Assembly (NCBI GenBank): GCA_964016885.1
Contig: OZ024762.1
Coordinates: 29,512,001 to 29,576,000, forward strand
DNA length: 64,000 nt
From: Eledone cirrhosa
Taxonomy: Eukaryota
Reading direction: 5' to 3'
The notes beneath the pieces are model-generated. The model made no database searches, was not told where the DNA came from, and worked only from the letters and a program-made list of their open reading frames with translations. Position numbers and translations under genes: made by a program. Positions 13,201-25,061 of the stretch are shown here, piece after piece; position 1 is the first letter of the stretch, and each line of letters begins with the position of its first letter.

Positions 13201-16200
13201 GGGTGGTGGGTTGGCAGTATTGGTAGAGGGTCAGATGTCAGGTTAGGGTGGTGGGTTGGCAGTATTGGTAGAGGGTCAGATGTCAGGTTAGGGTGGTGGG
13301 TTGGTAGTAAGGGTAGAGGGTCAGATGTCATGTTAGGGTGGTGGGTTGGCAGTATTGGTAGAGGGTCAGATGTCATGCTAGGGTGGTGGGTTGGCAGTAA
13401 GGGTAGAGGGTCAGATGTCAGGTTAGGGTGGTGGGTTGGCCGTATTGGTTAGAGGGTCAGATGTCAGGTTAGGGTGGTGGGTTGGTAGTAAGGGTAGAGG
13501 GTCAGATGTCAGGTTAGGGTGGTGGGTTGGCAGTATTGGTAGAGGGTCAGATGTCATGTTAGGGTGGTGGGTTTGCAATATTGGTAGAGGGTCAGATGTC
13601 AGGTTAGGGTGGTGGGTTGGCAGTATTGGTAGAGGGTCAGATGTCAGGTTAGGGAGGTGGTTTGGCAATATTGGTAGAGGGTCAGATGTCAGGTTAGGGT
13701 GGTGGTTTGGCAGTATTGGTAGAGGGTCAGATGTCATGTTAGGGTGGTGGTTTGGCAGTAAGGGTAGAGGGTCAGATGTCATGTTAGGGTGGTGGGTTGG
13801 CAGTAAGGGTAGAGGGTCAGATGTCATGTTAGGGTGGTGGGTTGGCAGTATTGGTAGAGGGTCAGACGCCATGTTATGGTGGTGGGTTGGCAGTATTGGT
13901 AGAGGGTCAGATGTCAGGTTAGGGTGGTGGGTTGGCAGTATTGGTAGAGGGTCAGATGTCAGGCTACGGTGGTGGGTTGAACGTATTGGTAGAGGGTCAG
14001 ATGTCAGGTTAGGGTGGTGGGTTGGCAGTAAGGGTAGAGGGTCAGATGTCAGGTTAGTGTGGTGGGTTGCCAGTATTGGTAGAGGGTCAGATGTCAGGTT
14101 AGGGTGGTGGGTTGGCAGTATTGGTAGAGGGTTAGATGTCAGGTTAGGGTGGTGGGTTGGCAGTATTGGTAGAGGGTCAGACGCCATGTTAGGGTGGTGG
14201 GTTGGCAGTATTGGTAGAGGGTCAGATGTCAGGTTAGGGTGGTGGGTTGGCAGTAAGGGTAGAGGGTCAGATGTCAGGTTAGGGTGGTGGGTTGGCAGTA
14301 AGGGTAGAGGGTCAGATGTCAGGTTAGGGTGGTGGGTTGGCAGTATTGGTAGAGGGTCAGATGTCAGGTTAGGGTGGTGGGTTGGCAGTATTGGTAGAGG
14401 GTCAGATGTCAGGTTAGGGTGGTGGATTTGCAGTATTGGTAGAGGGTCAGATGTCAGGTTAGGGTGGTGGGTTGGCAGTAAGGGTAGAGGGTCAGACACC
14501 ATGTTAGGGGGGTGGGTTGGCGGTAAGGGTAGAGGGTCAGACACCATGTTAGGGTGATGGGTTGGCTGTAAGGGTAGAGGGTCAGATGCCATGTTAGGGT
14601 GGTGGGTTGGCAGTAAGGGTAGAGGGTCAGATGCCATGTTAGGGTGGTGGGTTGGCAGTAAGGGTAGAGGGTCAGATGTCATGTTAGGGTGGTGGTTTGG
14701 CAGTAAGGGTAGAGGGTCAGATGTCAGGTTAGGGTGCTGGGTTGTCAGTAACGGTAGAGGGTCAAATGTCAGGTTAGGGTGGTGGGTTGGCAGTAAGGGT
14801 AGAGGGTCAGATGTCAGGTTAGGGTGGTGGGTTGTCAGTAAGGGTAGAGGGTCAGATGTCAGGTTAGGGTGGTGGGTTGTCAGTAAGGGTAGAGGGTCAG
14901 ATGTCAGGTTAGGGTGGTGGGTTGGCAGTAAGGGTAGAGGGTCAGATGTCAGGTTAGGGTGGTGGGTTGGCAGTAAGGGTAGAGGGTCAGATGTCATGTT
15001 AGGGTGGTGGGTTGGCAGTAAGGGTAGAGGGTCAGACACCATGTTAGGGTGGTGGGTTGGCAGTAAGGGTAGAGGGTCAGATGTCATGTTAGGGTGGTGG
15101 GTTGGCAGTAAGGGTAGAGGGTCAGATGTCAGGTTAGGGTGGTGGGTTGTCAGTAAGGGTAGAGGGTCAGATGTCAGGTTAGGGTGGTGGGTTGGCAGTA
15201 AGGGTAGAGGGTCAGATGTCAGGTTAGGGTGGTGGGTTGTCAGTAAGGGTAGAGGGTCAGATGTCATGTTAGGGTGGTGGGTTGTCAGTAAGGGTAGACG
15301 GTCACATGTCAGGTTAGGGTGGTGGGTTGGCAGTAAGGGTAGAGGGTCAGATTTCAGGTTAGGGTTGTGGGTTGGCAGTAAGGGTAGAGGGTCAGATGTC
15401 AGGTTAGGGTGGTGGGTTGGCAGTAAGGGTAGAGGGTCAGACACCATGTTAGGGTGGTGGGTTGGCAGTATTGGTAGAGGGTCAGATGTCAGGTTAGGGT
15501 GGTGGGTTGGCAGTATTGGTAGAGGGTCAGATGTCAGGCTACGGTGGTGGGTTGAACGTATTGGTAGAGGGTCAGATGTCAGGTTAGGGTGGGGGGTTGG
15601 CAGTAAGGGTAGAGGGTCAGACACCATGTTAGGGTGGTGGGTTGGCAGTAAGGGTAGAGGGTCAGACACCATGTTAGGGTGATGGGTTGGCAGTAAGGGT
15701 AGAGGGTCAGATGCCATGTTAGGGTGGTGGGTTGGCAGTAAGTGTAGAGGGTCAGATGCCATGTTAGGGTGGTGGGTTGGCAGTAAGGGTAGAGGGTCAG
15801 ATGTCATGTTAGGGTGGTGGTTTGGCAGTAAGGGTAGAGGGTCAGATGTCAGGTTAGGGTGGTGGGTTGTCAGTAAGGGTAGAGGGTCAGATGTCAGGTT
15901 AGGGTGGTGGATTGGCAGTAAGGGTAGAGGGTCAGATGTCAGGTTAGGGTGGTGGGTTGTCAGTAAGGGTAGAGGGTCAGATGTCAGGTTAGGGTGGTGG
16001 GTTGTCAGTAAGGATAGAGGGTCAGATGTCATGTTAGGGTGGTGGTTTGGCAGTAAGGGTAGAGGGTCAGATGTCAGGTTAGGGTGGTGGGTTGTCAGTA
16101 AGGGTAGAGGGTCAGATGTCAGGTTAGGGTGGTGGATTGGCAGTAAGGGTAGAGGGTCAGATGTCAGGTTAGGGTGGTGGGTTGGCAGTAAGTGTAGAGG

Positions 16201-19200
16201 GTCAGATGTCAGGTTAGGGTGGTGGGTTGGCAGTAAGGGTAGAGGGTCAGATGTCATGTTAGGGTGGTGGGTTGGCAGTAAGGGTAGAGGGTCAGATGTC
16301 ATGTTAGGGTGGTGGGTTGGCAGTAAGGGTAGAGGGTCAGACACCATGTTAGGGTGGTGGGTTGGCAGTAAGTGTAGAAGTTCAGATGTCATGTTAGGGT
16401 GGTGGGTTGGCAGTAAGGGTAGAGGGTCAGATGTCAGGTTAGGGTGGTGGCTTGTCAGTAAGGGTAGAGGGTCAGATGTCAGGTTAGGGTGGTGGGTTGG
16501 CATTAAGGGTAGAGGGTCAGATGTCAGGTTAGGGTGGTGGGTTGTCAGTAAGGGTAGAGGGTCAGATGTCAGGTTAGGGTGGTGGGTTGTCAGTAAGGGT
16601 AGAGGGTCAGATGTCAGGTTAGGGTGGTGGGTTGGCAGTAAGGGTAGAGGGTCAGATGTCAGGTTAGGGTGGTGGGTTGGCAGTATTGGTAGAGGGTCAG
16701 ATGTCAGGTTAGGGTGGTGGGTTGGCAGTATTGGTAGAGGGTCAGATGCCATGTTAGGGTGGTGTGTTGGCAGTATTGGTAGAGGGTCAGATGTCAGGTT
16801 AGGGTGGTGGATTGGCAGTATTGGTAGAGGGTCAGATGTCATGTTAGGGTGGTGGGTTGGCAGTATTGGTAGAGGGTCAGATGTCAGGTTAGGGTGGTGG
16901 GTTGGCAGTATTGGTAGAGGGTCAGATGTCAGGTTAGGGTGGTGGGTTGGTAGTAAGGGTAGAGGGTCAGATGTCATGTTAGGGTGGTGGGTTGGCAGTA
17001 TTGGTAGAGGGTCAGATGTCATGCTAGGGTGGTGGGTTGGCAGTAAGGGTAGAGGGTCAGATGTCAGGTTAGGGTGGTGGGTTGGCCGTATTGGTTAGAG
17101 GGTCAGATGTCAGGTTAGGGTGGTGGGTTGGTAGTAAGGGTAGAGGGTCAGATGTCAGATTAGGGTGGTGGGTTGGCAGTATTGGTAGAGGGTCAGATGT
17201 CATGTTAGGGTGGTGGGTTTGCAATATTGGTAGAGGGTCAGATGTCAGGTTAGGGTGGTGGGTTGGCAGTATTGGTAGAGGGTCAGATGTCAGGTTAGGG
17301 AGGTGGTTTGGCAATATTGGTAGAGGGTCAGATGTCAGGTTAGGGTGGTGGTTTGGCAGTATTGGTAGAGGGTCAGATGTCATGTTAGGGTGGTGGTTTG
17401 GCAGTAAGGGTAGAGGGTCAGATGTCATGTTAGGGTGGTGGGTTGGCAGTAAGGGTAGAGGGTCAGATGTCATGTTAGGGTGGTGGGTTGGCAGTATTGG
17501 TAGAGGGTCAGACGCCATGTTATGGTGGTGGGTTGGCAGTATTGGTAGAGGGTCAGATGTCATGTTAGGGTGGTGGGTTGGCAGTATTGGTAGAGGGTCA
17601 GATGTCATGTTAGGGTGGTGGGTTGGCAGTATTGGTAGAGGGTCAGATGTCAGGTTAGGGTGGTGGGTTGGCAGTAAGGGTAGAGGGTCAGATGTCAGGT
17701 TAGTGTGGTGGGTTGCCAGTATTGGTAGAGGGTCAGATGTCAGGTTAGGGTGGTGGGTTGGCAGTATTGGTAGAGGGTTAGATGTCAGGTTAGGGTGGTG
17801 GGTTGGCAGTATTGGTAGAGGGTCAGACGCCATGTTAGGGTGGTGGGTTGGCAGTATTGGTAGAGGGTCAGATGTCAGGTTAGGGTGGTGGGTTGGCAGT
17901 AAGGGTAGAGGGTCAGATGTCAGGTTAGGGTGGTGGGTTGGCAGTAAGGGTAGAGGGTCAGATGTCAGGTTAGGTTGGTGGGTTGGCAGTATTGGTAGAG
18001 GGTCAGATGTCAGGTTAGGGTGGTGGGTTGGCAGTATTGGTAGAGGGTCAGATGTCAGGTTAGGGTGGTGGATTTGCAGTATTGGTAGAGGGTCAGATGT
18101 CAGGTTAGGGTGGTGGGTTGGCAGTAAGGGTAGAGGGTCAGACACCATGTTAGGGGGGTGGGTTGGCGGTAAGGGTAGAGGGTCAGACACCATGTTAGGG
18201 TGATGGGTTGGCAGTAAGGGTAGAGGGTCAGATGCCATGTTAGGGTGGTGGGTTGGCAGTAAGGGTAGAGGGTCAGATGCCATGTTAGGGTGGTGGGTTG
18301 GCAGTAAGGGTAGAGGGTCAGATGTCATGTTAGGGTGGTGGTTTGGCAGTAAGGGTAGAGGGTCAGATGTCAGGTTAGGGTGGTGGGTTGTCAGTAAGGG
18401 TAGAGGGTCAGATGTCAGGTTAGGGTGGTGGGTTGGCAGTAAGGGTAGAGGGTCAGATGTCAGGTTAGGGTGGTGGGTTGTCAGTAAGGGTAGAGGGTCA
18501 GATGTCAGGTTAGGGTGGTGGGTTGTCAGTAAGGGTAGAGGGTCAGATGTCAGGTTAGGGTGGTGGGTTGGCAGTAAGGGTAGAGGGTCAGATGTCAGGT
18601 TAGGGTGGTGGGTTGGCAGTAAGGGTAGAGGGTCAGATGTCATGTTAGGGTGGTGGGTTGGCAGTAAGGGTAGAGGGTCAGATGTCATGTTAGGGTGGTG
18701 GGTTGTCAGTAAGGGTAGAGGGTCAGATGTCAGGTTAGGGTGGTGGGTTGGCAGTAAGGGTAGAGGGTCAGATGTCAGGTTAGGGTGGTGGGTTGTCAGT
18801 AAGGGTAGAGGGTCAGATGTCAGGTTAGGGTGGTGGGTTGGCAGTAAGGGTAGAGGGTCAGATGTCAGGTTAGGGTGGTGGGTTGGCAGTAAGGGTAGAG
18901 GGTCAGATGTCATGTTAGGGTGGTGGGTTGGCAGTAAGGGTAGAGGGTCAGATGTCATGTTAGAGTGGTGGGTTGGCAGTAAGGGTAGAGGGTCAGACAC
19001 CATGTTAGGGTGGTGGGTTGGCAGTAAGGGTAGAGGGTCAGATGTCATGTTAGGGTGGTGGGTTGGCAGTAAGGGTAGAGGGTCAGATGTCGGGTTAGGG
19101 TGGTGGGTTGTCAGTAAGGGTAGAGGGTCAGATGTCAGGTTAGGGTGGTGGGTTGGCAGTAAGGGTAGAGAGTCAGATGTCAGGTTAGGGTGGTGGGTTG

Positions 19201-22200
19201 GCAGTAAGGGTAGAGGGTCAGATGTCAGGTTAGGGTGGTGGGTTGGCAGTAAGGGTAGAGGGTCAGATGTTAGGTTAGGGTGATGGGTTGGCAGTATTGG
19301 TAGAGGGTCAGATGTCAGGTTAGGGTGGTGGGTTGGCAGTATTGGTAGAGGGTCAGATGTCAGGTTAGGGTGGTGGGTTGAACGTATTGGTAGAGGGTCA
19401 GATGTCAGGTTAGGGTGGTGGGTTGGCAGTAAGGGTAGAGGGTCAGACACCATGTTAGGGTGGTGGGTTGGCGGTAAGGGTAGAGGGTCAGACACCATGT
19501 TAGGGTGATGGGTTGGCAGTAAGGGTAGAGGGTCAGATGCCATGTTAGGGTGGTGGGTTGGCAGTAAGGGTAGAGGGTCAGATGTCATGTTAGGGTGGTG
19601 GTTTGGCAGTAAGGGTAGAGGGTCAGATGTCAGGTTAGGGTGGTGGGTTGTCAGTAAGGGTAGAGGGTCAGATGTCAGGTTAGGGTGGTGGGTTGGCAGT
19701 AAGGGTAGAGGGTCAGATGTCAGGTTAGGGTGGTGGGTTGTCAGTAAGGGTAGAGGGTCAGATGTCATGTTAGGGTGGTGGGTTGTCAGTAAGGGTAGAG
19801 GGTCAGATGTCAGGTTAGGGTGGTGGGTTGGCAGTAAGGGTAGAGGGTCAGATGTCAGGTTAGGGTTGTGGGTTGGCAGTAAGGGTAGAGGGTCAGATGT
19901 CAGGTTAGGGTGGTGGGTTGGCAGTAAGGGTAGAGGGTCAGACACCATGTTAGGGTGGTGGGTTGGCAGTATTGGTAGAGGGTCAGATGTCAGGTTAGGG
20001 TGGTGGGTTGGCAGTATTGGTAGAGGGTCAGATGTCAGGCTAGGGTGGTGGGTTGAACGTATTGGTAGAGGGTCAGATGTCAGGTTAGGGTGGTGGGTTG
20101 GCAGTAAGGGTAGAGGGTCAGACACCATGTTAGGGTGGTGGGTTGGTAGTAAGGGTAGAGGGTCAGACACCATGTTAGGGTGATGCGTTGGCAGTAAGGG
20201 TAGAGGGTCAGATGCCATGTTAGGGTGGTGGGTTGGCAGTAAGTGTAGAGGGTCAGATGCCATGTTAGGGTGGTGGGTTGGCAGTAAGGGTAGAGGGTCA
20301 GATGTCATGTTAGGGTGGTGGTTTGGCAGTAAGGGTAGAGGGTCAGATGTCAGGTTAGGGTGGTGGGTTGTCAGTAAGGGTAGAGGGTCAGATGTCAGGT
20401 TAGGGTGGTGGGTTGGCAGTAAGGGTAGAGGGTCAGATGTCAGGTTAGGGTGGTGGGTTGGCAGTAAGGGTAGAGGGTCAGATGTCAGGTTAGGGTGGTG
20501 GGTTGTCAGTAAGGGTAGAGGGTCAGATGTCAGGTTAGGGTGGTGGGTTGGCAGTAAGGGTAGAGGGTCAGATGTCAGGTTAGGGTGGTGGGTTGGCAGT
20601 AAGGGTAGAGGGTCAGATGTCATGTTAGGGTGGTGGGTTGGCAGTAAGGGTAGAGGGTCAGATGTAATGTTAGGGTGGTGGGTTGGCAGTAAGGGTAGAG
20701 GGTCAGACACCATGTTAGGGTGGTGGGTTGGCAGTAAGTGTAGAAGTTCAGATGTCATGTTAGGGTGGTGGGTTGGCAGTAAGGGTAGAGGGTCAGATGT
20801 CAGGTTAGGGTGGTGGGTTGTCAGTAAGGGTAGAGGGTCAGATGTCAGGTTAGGGTGGTGGGTTGGCAGTAAGGGTAGAGGGTCAGATGTCAGGTTAGGG
20901 TGGTGGGTTGTCAGTAAGGGTAGAGGGTCAGATGTCAGGTTAGGGTGGTGGGTTGTCAGTAAGGGTAGAGGGTCAGATGTCAGGTTAGGGTGGTGGGTTG
21001 GCAGTAAGGGTAGAGGGTCAGATGTCAGGTTAGGGTGGTGGGTTGGCAGTATTGGTAGAGGGTCAGATGTCAGGTTAGGGTGGTGGGTTGGCAGTATTGG
21101 TAGAGGGTCAGATGCCATGTTAGGGTGGTGTGTTGGCAGTATTGGTAGAGGGTCAGATGTCAGGTTAGGGTGGTGGATTGGCAGTATTGGTAGAGGGTCA
21201 GATATCATGTTAGGGTGGTGGGTTGGCAGTATTGGTAGAGGGTCAGATGTCAGGTTAGGGTGGTGGGTTGGCAGTATTGGTAGAGGGTCAGATGTCAGGT
21301 TAGGGTGGTGGGTTGGTAGTAAGGGTAGAGGGTCAGATGTCATGTTAGGGTGGTGGGTTGGCAGTATTGGTAGAGGGTCAGATGTCATGCTAGGGTGGTG
21401 GGTTGGCAGTAAGGGTAGAGGGTCAGATGTCAGGTTAGGGTGGTGGGTTGGCAGTATTGGTTAGAGGGTCAGATGTCAGGTTAGGGTGGTGGGTTGGTAG
21501 TAAGGGTAGAGGGTCAGATGTCAGGTTAGGGTGGTGGGTTGGCAGTATTGGTAGAGGGTCAGATGTCATGTTAGGGTGGTGGGTTTGCAATATTGGTAGA
21601 GGGTCAGATGTCAGGTTAGGGTGGTGGGTTGGCAGTATTGGTAGAGGGTCAGATGTCAGGTTAGGGAGGTGGTTTGGCAATATTGGTAGAGGGTCAGATG
21701 TCAGGTTAGGGTGGTGGTTTGGCAGTATTGGTAGAGGGTCAGATGTCATGTTAGGGTGGTGGTTTGGCAGTAAGGGTAGAGGGTCAGATGTCATGTTAGG
21801 GTGGTGGGTTGGCAGTAAGGGTAGAGGGTCAGATGTCATGTTAGGGTGGTGGGTTGGCAGTATTGGTAGAGGGTCAGACGCCATGTTAGGGTGGTGGGTT
21901 GGCAGTATTGGTAGAGGGTCAGATGTCATGTTAGGGTGGTGGGTTGGCAGTATTGGTAGAGGGTCAGATTTCATGTTAGGGTGGTGGGTTGGCAGTATTG
22001 GTAGAGGGTCAGATGTCAGGTTAGGGTGGTGGGTTGGCAGTAAGGGTAGAGGGTCAGATGTCAGGTTAGTGTGGTGGGTTGCCAGTATTGGTAGAGGGTC
22101 AGATGTCAGGTTAGGGTGGTGGGTTGGCAGTATTGGTAGAGGGTCAGATGTCAGGTTAGGGTGGTGGGTTGGCAGTATTGGTAGAGGGTCAGACGCCATG

Positions 22201-25061
22201 TTAGGGTGGTGGGTTGGCAGTATTGGTAGAGGGTCAGATGTCAGGTTAGGGTGGTGGGTTGGCAGTAAGGGTAGAGGGTCAGATGTCAGGTTAGGGTGGT
22301 GGGTTGGCAGTAAGGGTAGAGGGTCAGATGTCAGGTTAGGGTGGTGGGTTGGCAGTATTGGTAGAGGGTCAGATGTCAGGTTAGGGTGGTGGGTTGGCAG
22401 TATTGGTAGAGGGTCAGATGTCAGGTTAGGGTGGTGGGTTGGCAGTATTGGTAGAAGGTCAGATGTCAGGTTAGGGTGGTGGGTTGGCAGTAAGGGTAGA
22501 GGGTCAGACACCATGTTAGGGTGGTGGGTTGGCGGTAAGGGTAGAGGGTCAGACACCATGTTAGGGTGATGGGTTGGCTGTAAGGGTAGAGGGTCAGATG
22601 CCATGTTAGGGTGGTGGGTTGGCAGTAAGGGTAGAGGGTCAGATGCCATGTTAGGGTGGTGGGTTGGCAGTAAGGGTAGAGGGTCAGATGTCATGTTAGG
22701 GTGGTGGTTTGGCAGTAAGGGTAGAGGGTCAGATGTCAGGTTAGGGTGGTGGGTTGTCAGTAACGGTAGAGGGTCAAATGTCAGGTTAGGGTGGTGGGTT
22801 GGCAGTAAGGGTAGAGGGTCAGATGTCAGGTTAGGGTGGTGGGTTGTCAGTAAGGGTAGAGGGTCAGATGTCAGGTTAGGGTGGTGGGTTGTCAGTAAGG
22901 GTAGAGGGTCAGATGTCAGGTTAGGGTGGTGGGTTGGCAGTAAGGGTAGAGGGTCAGATGTCAGGTTAGGGTGGTGGGTTGGCAGTAAGGGTAGAGGGTC
23001 AGATGTCATGTTAGGGTGGTGGGTTGGCAGTAAGGGTAGAGGGTCAGACACCATGTTAGGGTGGTGGGTTGGCAGTAAGGGTAGAGGGTCAGATGTCATG
23101 TTAGGGTGGTGGGTTGGCAGTAAGGGTAGAGGGTCAGATGTCAGGTTAGGGTGGTGGGTTGTCAGTAAGGGTAGAGGGTCAGATGTCAGGTTAGGGTGGT
23201 GGGTTGGCAGTAAGGGTAGAGGGTCAGATGTCAGGTTAGGGTGGTGGGTTGTCAGTAAGGGTAGAGGGTCAGATGTCATGTTAGGGTGGTGGGTTGTCAG
23301 TAAGGGTAGACGGTCAGATGTCAGGTTAGGGTGGTGGGTTGGCAGTAAGGGTAGAGGGTCAGATTTCAGGTTAGGGTTGTGGGTTGGCAGTAAGGGTAGA
23401 GGGTCAGATGTCAGGTTAGGGTGGTGGGTTGGCAGTAAGGGTAGAGGGTCAGACACCATGTTAGGGTGGTGGGTTGGCAGTATTGGTAGAGGGTCAGATG
23501 TCAGGTTAGGGTGGTGGGTTGGCAGTATTGGTAGAGGGTCAGATGTCAGGCTACGGTGGTGGGTTGAACGTATTGGTAGAGGGTCAGATGTCAGGTTAGG
23601 GTGGTGGGTTGAACGTATTGGTAGAGGGTCAGATGTCAGGTTAGGGTGGTGGGTTGGCAGTAAGGGTAGAGGGTCAGACACCATGTTAGGGTGGTGGGTT
23701 GGCAGTAAGGGTAGAGGGTCAGACACCATGTTAGGGTGATGGGTTGGCAGTAAGGGTAGAGGGTCAGATGCCATGTTAGGGTGGTGGGTTGGCAGTAAGT
23801 GTAGAGGGTCAGATGCCATGTTAGGGTGGTGGGTTGGCAGTAAGGGTAGAGGGTCAGATGTCATGTTAGGGTGGTGGTTTGGCAGTAAGGGTAGAGGGTC
23901 AGATGTCAGGTTAGGGTGGTGTGTTGTCAGTAAGGGTAGAGGGTCAGATGTCAGGTTAGGGTGGTGGATTGGCAGTAAGGGTAGAGGGTCAGATGTCAGG
24001 TTAGGGTGGTGGGTTGTCAGTAAGGGTAGAGGGTCAGATGTCAGGTTAGGGTGGTGGGTTGTCAGTAAGGATAGAGGGTCAGATGTCAGGTTAGGGTGGT
24101 GGGTTGGCAGTAAGTGTAGAGGGTCAGATGTCAGGTTAGGGTGGTGGGTTGGCAGTAAGGGTAGAGGGTCAGATGTCATGTTAGGGTGGTGGGTTGGCGG
24201 TAAGGGTAGAGGGTCAGACACCATGTTAGGGTGATGGGTTGGCAGTAAGGGTAGAGGGTCAGATGTCATGTTAGGGTGGTGGGTTGGCAGTAAGGGTAGA
24301 GGGTCAGACACCATGTTAGGGTGGTGGGTTGGCAGTAAGTGTAGAAGTTCAGATGTCATGTTAGGGTGGTGGGTTGGCAGTAAGGGTAGAGGGTCAGATG
24401 TCAGGTTAGGGTGGTGGGTTGTCAGTAAGGGTAGAGGGTCAGATGTCAGGTTAGGGTGGTGGGTTGGCAGTAAGGGTAGAGGGTCAGATGTCAGGTTAGG
24501 GTGGTGGGTTGTCAGTAAGGGTAGAGGGTCAGATGTCAGGTTAGGGTGGTGGGTTGTCAGTAAGGGTAGAGGGTCAGATGTCAGGTTAGGGTGGTGGGTT
24601 GGCAGTAAGGGTAGAGGGTCAGATGTCAGGTTAGGGTGGTGGGTTGGCAGTATTGGTAGAGGGTCAGATGTCAGGTTAGGGTGGTGGGTTGGCAGTATTG
24701 GTAGAGGGTCAGATGCCATGTTAGGGTGGTGTGTTGGCAGTATTGGTAGAGGGTCAGATGTCAGGTTAGGGTGGTGGATTGGCAGTATTGGTAGAGGGTC
24801 AGATGTCATGTTAGGGTGGTGGGTTGGCAGTATTGGTAGAGGGTCAGATGTCAGGTTAGGGTGGTGGGTTGGCAGTATTGGTAGAGGGTCAGATGTCAGG
24901 TTAGGGTGGTGGGTTGGTAGTAAGGGTAGAGGGTCCGATGTCATGTTAGGGTGGTGGGTTGGCAGTATTGGTAGAGGGTCAGATGTCATGCTAGGGTGGT
25001 GGGTTGGCAGTAAGGGTAGAGGGTCAGATGTCAGGTTAGGGTGGTGGGTTGGCCGTATTGG
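1297..25061 (+). repeat. Higher-order repeat domain: six blocks of 81, 108, 81, 81, 97 and 80 monomers arranged A-B-C-A'-B'-C'
   Basis: The +1 marker TATTGGTTAGAG occurs at about 1297, 4942, 9803, 13449, 17095 and 21461, and as TATTGGATAGAG at 25062. Spacings are 3645, 4861, 3646, 3646, 4366 and 3601 bp. Each block begins with the same ordered variant series, seen as near-identical 373-aa translations at 1284, 4929, 9790, 13436, 17082 and 21448. Confidence 0.9.
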
